The translations under genes and the position numbers were made by a program. Shown here one piece after another: positions 58,189 through 64,000 of a stretch of 64,000 bases of DNA. Where the stretch lies: positions 76,962-140,961 of the forward strand of contig CAYMBN010000001.1 of NCBI GenBank assembly GCA_964388715.1, read 5' to 3'. Source of the stretch: an uncultured Methanosarcinales archaeon (GTDB taxonomy: Archaea; Nanobdellota; Nanobdellia; Woesearchaeales; CAYMBN01). Under the pieces are notes generated by a model. That model worked only from the letters and a program-made list of their open reading frames with translations, had not been told where the DNA came from and ran no database searches. Each line of letters opens with the position of its first letter. Within the stretch, counting starts at the first letter, position 1.

Positions 58189-58911
58189 TTATTTCATAAT
58201 TTTTTTGAACCAATCAATTGTTAGAGGAATAACTTCATCCATATTATCATTTAAAGGATGATCACCACCTACAATAACCTCTAATTTTGCATCAGGGAGA
58301 TATTTTAAAGAATTTTTGGAAAAGTTTAAAGGAATTATTTCATCTTTATCACCATGTATTATTAAAACCGGACAATTCACATTTTGTAATAATTCTTTAG
58401 TGTTAACTCTTAATATTTCATCTATATATTCTTGTGTCACTTGATGTAATTTACCATCATTAAAATGTTTAATGCAACCTTTTTCTTCTAATTCTTCACG
58501 AAATTTTTTTTCACTTAGAAAACAAGGTTCTTTTGAATCTGTTACAGGAGCATACAACACCATAGCACAAATATCAGCAGAATAAACCTTTAATGCTGTA
58601 AGTCCTCCTAAACTTTCTCCAACTAAACCAATTTTTTTATAACCTTGATTTTTAATATAACCTATAGCTGAATTTAAATCTTGAATCTGATTAGCTACAG
58701 TAATTTCTCTATCTTCACTTTGACCACATCCACCAAAATCATATCTTAATACAGTATAACCAACATTATACAATTCCTCAGACAATCTTATTAACCTAGG
58801 TCTATCTTTTGTTGTAGCAAAACCATGTGATATTATTATAGCAGAATTTGAATTATTTTCATATAATACTCCTGCTAATTTAACATTACTTTCCAAGGTT
58901 ATTTTTTTCAT
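58189..58911 (-). CDS. Alpha/beta hydrolase
   Basis: SHGF, RYDFGGCGQS, GESLGG nucleophile elbow, IIHGDKDEIIP, GGDH. Confidence 0.93.
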   Translation of the reverse strand: MKKITLESNVKLAGVLYENNSNSAIIISHGFATTKDRPRLIRLSEELYNVGYTVLRYDFGGCGQSEDREITVANQIQDLNSAIGYIKNQGYKKIGLVGESLGGLTALKVYSADICAMVLYAPVTDSKEPCFLSEKKFREELEEKGCIKHFNDGKLHQVTQEYIDEILRVNTKELLQNVNCPVLIIHGDKDEIIPLNFSKNSLKYLPDAKLEVIVGGDHPLNDNMDEVIPLTIDWFKKIMK

Positions 58912-59011
58912 AATAAAAATTAATTTTAGTTTATTTATAAATGTTAGTGCGAATTTTACATTCTATATTGAAATTTGTAACTGGTGGAGAAACTAACAGG
59001 AATTTCCAATA

Positions 59012-59563
59012 TTATCCAAGAGAAAATAATATCCCTTCTATAATACCAGCTATGACTAGTAGTGGTAGTATTATGTAGAGGAAGATTAGGAATGCGTCTT
59101 TGTAGGATTGTTTTATGTCCTTGTTCTGAACTGTGTTGATGCCTATTCTAACTCCCATTGTAATTGCAAGTATTATTGCTGGGATTTCAAATATGCCGTG
59201 CGGAAGAAGGTTGAATAGTATTAATGATGAGCCTGCTTTTTCAATTGCCTTTGCAGAGACAGCACCTGCAAAGTAACCATTGAAAACAAGAGTTATTGCT
59301 GGCACTATTGCAAAGAGAAAGCCAAACAAGATTGCTAAAAATGATGAGCGGAGGTTGTTAAAGATGATGAATAATGTGATTTCAAGAGGAGATTTGCCTT
59401 CAACCATGTTGATAATGTATTTTGTTAGTTCTTGTTGGTATTTTGCAAGAAGGTTTGGATAGAGTAAGCCTGCGATAAAGCAGATAATGAAGACTGATAA
59501 TAGTATTAAGAATAGTTTTTTGTTTTGTTTAAGAATTTTTACTATTCTTTTTTTAGAATTCAT
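59012..59563 (-). CDS. SpoIIM/DUF95 family membrane protein
   Basis: IIFNNL, FNGYFAG, LLPHGIFEIPA, LLVIAGIIEG. Confidence 0.9.
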   Translation of the reverse strand: MNSKKRIVKILKQNKKLFLILLSVFIICFIAGLLYPNLLAKYQQELTKYIINMVEGKSPLEITLFIIFNNLRSSFLAILFGFLFAIVPAITLVFNGYFAGAVSAKAIEKAGSSLILFNLLPHGIFEIPAIILAITMGVRIGINTVQNKDIKQSYKDAFLIFLYIILPLLVIAGIIEGILFSLG

Positions 59564-60011
59564 TATCAACACTTTGTAAGTAAACTTTGACTCTGTTAAT
59601 GATTGAGTTAAGGAGGTAATGTTCAACATTTTCCTGGAAAACTTCTTTTAGATTAGAGAATTCTGTTATTCTGTAATTGTTTGCAACCTTTTCAACTAAA
59701 TGAAGGTCTCTTAAACGTTTTAGTTGTCTTCTTATGTTAGATGAAGCAACTCCTAGAATTGGAAGTTTGTATTCTTTTCTTTGTTCAATGACTTTGTTTT
59801 TGATTTCTTCTGAATGTAATTCTTGTTGTTCTTTGCGCGCAATAAGAAGTGTCATGAGAACATCGACAATAACGTCTCGAGAATCTCCTGGTTGTAGTAA
59901 ACCTAGAGAAAGACATAGTTTTTTTACTAAATCTCTTTTTTCTGGGTTCATTGGCCGTTCATATCTTCGCAAAGTGATCTCAGCCAAAGGAGTATCTTTT
60001 GCTTTTTGCAT
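59553..60011 (-). CDS. Winged-helix-like hypothetical protein
   Basis: CLSLGLL.PGDSRD, SNIRRQLKRLRDLHLVEK..NNYRI. Confidence 0.7.
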   Translation of the reverse strand: MQKAKDTPLAEITLRRYERPMNPEKRDLVKKLCLSLGLLQPGDSRDVIVDVLMTLLIARKEQQELHSEEIKNKVIEQRKEYKLPILGVASSNIRRQLKRLRDLHLVEKVANNYRITEFSNLKEVFQENVEHYLLNSIINRVKVYLQSVDNEF

Positions 60012-60147
60012 AAAATGTTTAAGTATTAATTAGTATTTAAACTTTTTGATTAAAGTTGGAAGCCATTTAAATTTTTTTAAAGGTTTTTTATCAAATCACA
60101 AAATTTATAAGCAAGTTGTAGTCTCTATTTGGACCGAGGTGGTATAA

Positions 60148-60420
60148 ATGGGTGAGACTCCCGAATCTGTTTGTGAAGTGGCTGGAAACGAAAGTGCAAA
60201 ACCAGAATATTCTAAGTTAGTAAAAGGAGAGTATCCTTTGATTCAAATGAAAGATGGTTCTGTTCTTGTACAAAGGGGCGAAAAAAGTAATAATTTTTAC
60301 CCGGTTGGGTGTAAGGATTTACTTATTAAAACTGTTAATCTTCTCTTTGGAGAAAAAGTTGCTATATATATTGACACTCCAAGACAACCGTATCAAGTTA
60401 GAGAATTAATTCATGCTTAA
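60148..60420 (+). CDS. Hypothetical protein
   Basis: 90 aa; GAGGTG RBS and upstream TATA. Confidence 0.6.
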   Translation: MGETPESVCEVAGNESAKPEYSKLVKGEYPLIQMKDGSVLVQRGEKSNNFYPVGCKDLLIKTVNLLFGEKVAIYIDTPRQPYQVRELIHA

Positions 60421-60427
60421 ATTTTTT

Positions 60428-60478
60428 TTTAGAAATTCGGAGAATTTCTAAACCTTTAGAATTCTTCGAATTCAAAAG
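60428..60478. repeat. Twin palindromic hairpins between convergent genes
   Basis: TTTAGAAATTC-GGA-GAATTTCTAAA, then CTTT-A-GAATTC-TTC-GAATTC-A-AAAG. Confidence 0.7.
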
Positions 60479-60481
60479 TTT

Positions 60482-61162
60482 TTATTTTTTTCTTACATTT
60501 AGAAGTAGGAATATTAAATAGATGACTAGAGCAAGATATACTATTCCTGCTTTGATAGGTAATCTCTTGAGTGACCAGCTTAGGTTAAAGTATGTGTTGT
60601 CTCTGACTGTTACTGTATCTTTGTTTAGGAAACAGTTGTTGCATTCAACTTTTTTTGGTTCAGAGTCAAATATGATTTTTCCATTGTAATTAATACCTTT
60701 ATAGATTTGTGCTTGTTCTTCATTTGATTCAATAAACAGTGGAATTTCATATCTGTATTCTAAATCCCATAATCCCAGTGCTTCAATAGCATGGTATGTT
60801 TCGTACTTTAACACAAAGCTTGCTTTTGAATTTCCGTTGATGCTCATTGGTTTTGTATATTCTTTAAATGGTGATTCTGAGGTAAGTTCAAGACCAATCT
60901 CTTGGTTGTTTTGGGATAAAAATAGTTTTTCTGGTGTTGATGAAAAACGGAATTTAAGTTTAACATCCATGGAATCTTCTTCTTTATTGGTTATTGTGAT
61001 GTTGTAGACTGCTTTTTCAAGACCGTGGCTAGAAATTGTTGATGCAAAGTAAGCATCTGAGATGATTTCAATAGGTGGATTAATTCTTTCTTGGATTGCA
61101 ACTGGTTTTGGTTGTGCTACAACCATTCCAATTATTAATAAAAATAATATAATTCTCTTCAT
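60482..61162 (-). CDS. Secreted, C-terminally anchored hypothetical protein
   Basis: Signal peptide, beta-rich body, C-terminal TM plus basic tail. Confidence 0.7.
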   Translation of the reverse strand: MKRIILFLLIIGMVVAQPKPVAIQERINPPIEIISDAYFASTISSHGLEKAVYNITITNKEEDSMDVKLKFRFSSTPEKLFLSQNNQEIGLELTSESPFKEYTKPMSINGNSKASFVLKYETYHAIEALGLWDLEYRYEIPLFIESNEEQAQIYKGINYNGKIIFDSEPKKVECNNCFLNKDTVTVRDNTYFNLSWSLKRLPIKAGIVYLALVIYLIFLLLNVRKK

Positions 61163-61734
61163 AATACCACCAGTAATACATATTGTAGGATAATGTTGAT
61201 CACAATTAAGATTAAAGCATACAATGCTCTGTCATACATGTCTTTTTGTATTTTAATCTTTTTTTCTTTAATGAATTGCCAAAGCATTTTACCTATTTCA
61301 ATTCCAATTGAGCCTGCAAGAATAACTGTTATTGCATACGATGCAAAACATATAAGTACTTTTATTGCCATGAGTATTCCTGCGAATTCAAGAACTTCTG
61401 GGATTGATGTTCCTGCGCTAAGTCCTATAAGGAACAAGTATACTATTGTTGGAAATGCGAAAACAGCTCCAATTGCAACAAGTAGGATTACAGAAATAAT
61501 GTTTGTTCGCATTACGTATAATAAATCCACTTCACTCTCTTCTTGAGGCATTTCATAACCTTTTAATTGTTCTTGATGAATAGGATAGATAACTCCTGTG
61601 TCATCAAAGAAAGTTCTTTGTGTGAAGTCAAGAATTCTTATTGTGTAACCTAGGAAAAATCCTGCGATAAATAGAATTAATGCAAGTTTTACATAACGAT
61701 TTTTTAGGAGGTTTTTTATTATTTCAGTAGACAT
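61159..61734 (-). CDS. Divergent SpoIIM-like membrane protein
   Basis: About 5 TMs; LFIAGFFLG, N..S.IL, LAGSIGIEIG pattern parallels 59012-59563. Confidence 0.6.
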   Translation of the reverse strand: MSTEIIKNLLKNRYVKLALILFIAGFFLGYTIRILDFTQRTFFDDTGVIYPIHQEQLKGYEMPQEESEVDLLYVMRTNIISVILLVAIGAVFAFPTIVYLFLIGLSAGTSIPEVLEFAGILMAIKVLICFASYAITVILAGSIGIEIGKMLWQFIKEKKIKIQKDMYDRALYALILIVINIILQYVLLVVL

Positions 61735-62015
61735 TGTTTTGCCTCACAAACTGGTTCTGCTGAACAAGATGGATGATTTGAAATCATTGCAGTACACATC
61801 ATACCTTTGCATTCTTGTTCAAGATTAGTAATATACTCTTGTTTATAACTTTTACTGATTACAATAGCATTTCCACCTGCTGTACATCCACAACAGTCTG
61901 CTTTAACTGTAACGCAATCAGAATCCTGTTCACAAGATAGTTTTGGATTAATATCTTGTGGTTGACAAGCTGTGATTAGAATGATTAGTGTGAATAAGAG
62001 TAATAGTCGTTTCAT
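61719..62015 (-). CDS. Small cysteine-rich lipoprotein
   Basis: LITAC lipobox-like motif; CEQDSDC, CCGC and further Cys. Confidence 0.7.
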   Translation of the reverse strand: MKRLLLLFTLIILITACQPQDINPKLSCEQDSDCVTVKADCCGCTAGGNAIVISKSYKQEYITNLEQECKGMMCTAMISNHPSCSAEPVCEAKQCLLK

Positions 62016-62104
62016 TTTAAGGAATTAATGATTTTATTGTTTAAATAGTTTTCGGGTCATTTAAAATAGTAGAATTTATAAAGTTGTATGACTAAATTAA
62101 TGAT

Positions 62105-62542
62105 ATGATTTACAAACATACTCAAACCGGAAATTTAATGATATACACTATACTTGCTCTTGTTGTATATTTTGGATTTATTTTAACATGGACTGGTTCT
62201 GACCCTGTTCTTATTATTGTTCTGGCGCTTGTTATATTACTTGTTGCTTCTTTTGCTACACTTAATGTAGTAATTGACGAAAAATATTTACGAATTAAGT
62301 TTGGTTATGGTATATATAGGAAACGTTTTGTACTTAAGGAAATAACATCAGTAAGAACTGTAAAAAATCGTTGGTATTATGGATGGGGGATTAGGTTTTG
62401 GTGGAATCCTCGTATGTGGATCTATAATGTTTCTGGTTTTGATGCAGTTGAAATAAAGATGGTAAATGGTAAGATATATAGGATTGGTACTGATGAACCT
62501 GTGAATTTGGAACAGGCAATTAAGCAGGCTGTGAGATTGTAA
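62105..62542 (+). CDS. 2-TM protein with PH-like C-terminal domain
   Basis: YKHTQ.G, two TMs, YGWGIR, YNVSG.DAVEI, RIGTDEP. Confidence 0.7.
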   Translation: MIYKHTQTGNLMIYTILALVVYFGFILTWTGSDPVLIIVLALVILLVASFATLNVVIDEKYLRIKFGYGIYRKRFVLKEITSVRTVKNRWYYGWGIRFWWNPRMWIYNVSGFDAVEIKMVNGKIYRIGTDEPVNLEQAIKQAVRL

Positions 62543-62545
62543 AGA

Positions 62546-62749
62546 ATGGCAAGTAGAATTCCAATAAGGATACATAAGTTTTGGCAAAGGATAGCAGTAG
62601 TAGGTGGAGTTTATTTCTTGTTAGATGGTGTTTTGAGCATAATCTTTTACAGGGAGCAAGCTTTGATTAACCATATCCCAAGAATAATAAGAGCAGGAAT
62701 TGGATTACTTACTATATTTGTGGATTATTGGTTTTTGAAGAATATTTAA
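62546..62749 (+). CDS. Small 2-TM protein
   Basis: 67 aa, operonic with the upstream gene. Confidence 0.55.
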   Translation: MASRIPIRIHKFWQRIAVVGGVYFLLDGVLSIIFYREQALINHIPRIIRAGIGLLTIFVDYWFLKNI

Positions 62750-63606
62750 TTAATCATATATTTAGCATTCTGTTCAATAAAGTGGCATGCTATTGGGTAG
62801 CAGTCCATAATTTTATTTAACATTTGAGAATATCTTTTTTCTAGTTGATCCTCAGGGATTTCTTCTTTTTGTCTTGATTCTAAAAGTTTTATATAATTTC
62901 TTGCTATTTTTCTTAACTTTGTTACATCTGCCATAAGATCATCTGTAACAAAATCTAATCCAGAGTAAATTCTTATTATTTCTTCTTTTGTATCATGAAA
63001 TGCCTCCTTTCCTTCGGGTGCAACTGTTCCAAGTGCATATTGAACAGCAACTCTCATTGCGTGAAAAGGTTTTCCCATAATGTCTTGAAGAAAATCAACA
63101 TATGCTTCCTCTGATGTTGGGAAAGAAGTATAACCATTGTTTAATTTCATTAAATAAATTGCCATGGATTTTTTTAATGATTGTTTAAGAGGAACATTGT
63201 TTTCAGCTAAGATTTCAAGTGGATTTTTTCCTTTATGACTATATTGAGCAACAGTGAGTTCTAAATGTTCTCTAAATGATTTATCTAAACCGTGAAATCC
63301 TGCTTCAGCATGTTCTTGGTTAATTACTCTTGTTTGAATATAAACATTTTTTTCTTTATAAGCTTTTTCAGTAGCATCTCTGATTGTTTTTTTATGTTTT
63401 CCATCTGAAATCACAATAAAATAATCAACATCACTTGCTACATTACAATCATCTCTGTTTACAGAACCATATGCAAAGCTTCCGACAACTTCTTGTCCAA
63501 GAAAAGGAATAATACAATCTTGTTCAAACTGTTCTAAAGCTAGTTTGAAATCTTCTATCTTTGGAATTCTTCCTTCAATGAAATCTCTTGTTGTTATTAT
63601 TCTCAT
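62746..63606 (-). CDS. Pol-beta superfamily nucleotidyltransferase domain protein
   Basis: YGSVNR..SDVDYF (GS..DxD) plus helical C-terminal domain. Confidence 0.8.
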   Translation of the reverse strand: MRIITTRDFIEGRIPKIEDFKLALEQFEQDCIIPFLGQEVVGSFAYGSVNRDDCNVASDVDYFIVISDGKHKKTIRDATEKAYKEKNVYIQTRVINQEHAEAGFHGLDKSFREHLELTVAQYSHKGKNPLEILAENNVPLKQSLKKSMAIYLMKLNNGYTSFPTSEEAYVDFLQDIMGKPFHAMRVAVQYALGTVAPEGKEAFHDTKEEIIRIYSGLDFVTDDLMADVTKLRKIARNYIKLLESRQKEEIPEDQLEKRYSQMLNKIMDCYPIACHFIEQNAKYMIN

Positions 63607-63720
63607 GTTTAGAAAAAATTAGAGTTTATTTTTAAAGTTTGTTATTCTCTCTTATACACTTTGATTCTTATCTAAAATATAGAAACTTTAATAAAGAAAA
63701 ACATCATTTTTTAGTGTGAG

Positions 63721-64000
63721 ATGGATTTTAAGCAGAAGATAGAAAAGGTATTGAAGAAAGAACTTAAATTAAAGACTGTTGTTCTAGAAGTGCCTCCTGA
63801 TAGTAAGTTAGGAGATTATGCTTTTCCGTGTTTTTTTTTGGCTAAAAAACTTAAGAAGAGTCCTGTTGAGATTGCAAAGGATCTTGCTAATAAGATAAAT
63901 GTCAAGGATGTTAAGATTATTAATAATAATGCTTATGTTAATTTTTTTGTTGATAAGGAAAAGGTTGCTGGGGATGTTGTTAATAGGATTTTGAAGGAAA
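63721..64000 (+). CDS. argS: Arginine--tRNA ligase (N-terminal part, truncated by the window edge)
   Basis: Hand translation MDFKQKIEKVL..LEVPPDSKLGDYAFPCFFLAKKLKKSPVEIAKDL..YVNFFV. Confidence 0.9.
   Translation, partial: MDFKQKIEKVLKKELKLKTVVLEVPPDSKLGDYAFPCFFLAKKLKKSPVEIAKDLANKINVKDVKIINNNAYVNFFVDKEKVAGDVVNRILKE

Noticed and set aside
1215..61546. Many 60-180-aa antisense or alternate-frame ORFs in the track (e.g. 1215-1634, 14231-14647, 35147-35560, 54966-55517)
   Set aside because: They lie within well-supported genes and show no motifs; expected shadows.

Overview
Low-GC, gene-dense archaeal chromosomal segment. Split rpoB''/rpoB' and rpoA'/rpoA'', diphthamide genes, TATA promoters, BHB-intron tRNAs and a DPANN-style class III pilin point to a DPANN archaeon, probably Woesearchaeota-like; this placement is inferred, not searched. 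Contents in order: a thyA-folA nucleotide cluster; three tRNA genes (Tyr, Asp, Lys), each with at least two short introns, several at non-canonical positions, with a free-standing LAGLIDADG endonuclease gene wedged between Tyr and Asp; the rpoH-B''-B'-A'-A''-rpl30e-nusA-rps12-rps7 operon; a candidate cobalamin-uptake locus (CbrT-like ECF S component, two DUF4430-like proteins, divergent HTH regulator, nearby B12-binding radical SAM); bacterial-type gpsA, RsuA-family and GT9 genes; three apparent pseudoenzymes (two HIT proteins, one UppS-like) around a prepilin peptidase; a type IV/Tad pilus operon; and the start of argS at the right edge. The strongest novelty candidates are the multi-intron tRNA/LAGLIDADG locus, including a possible one-nucleotide exon in tRNA-Tyr, and the putative B12 locus. 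All calls come from reading motifs by eye; no searches were run.
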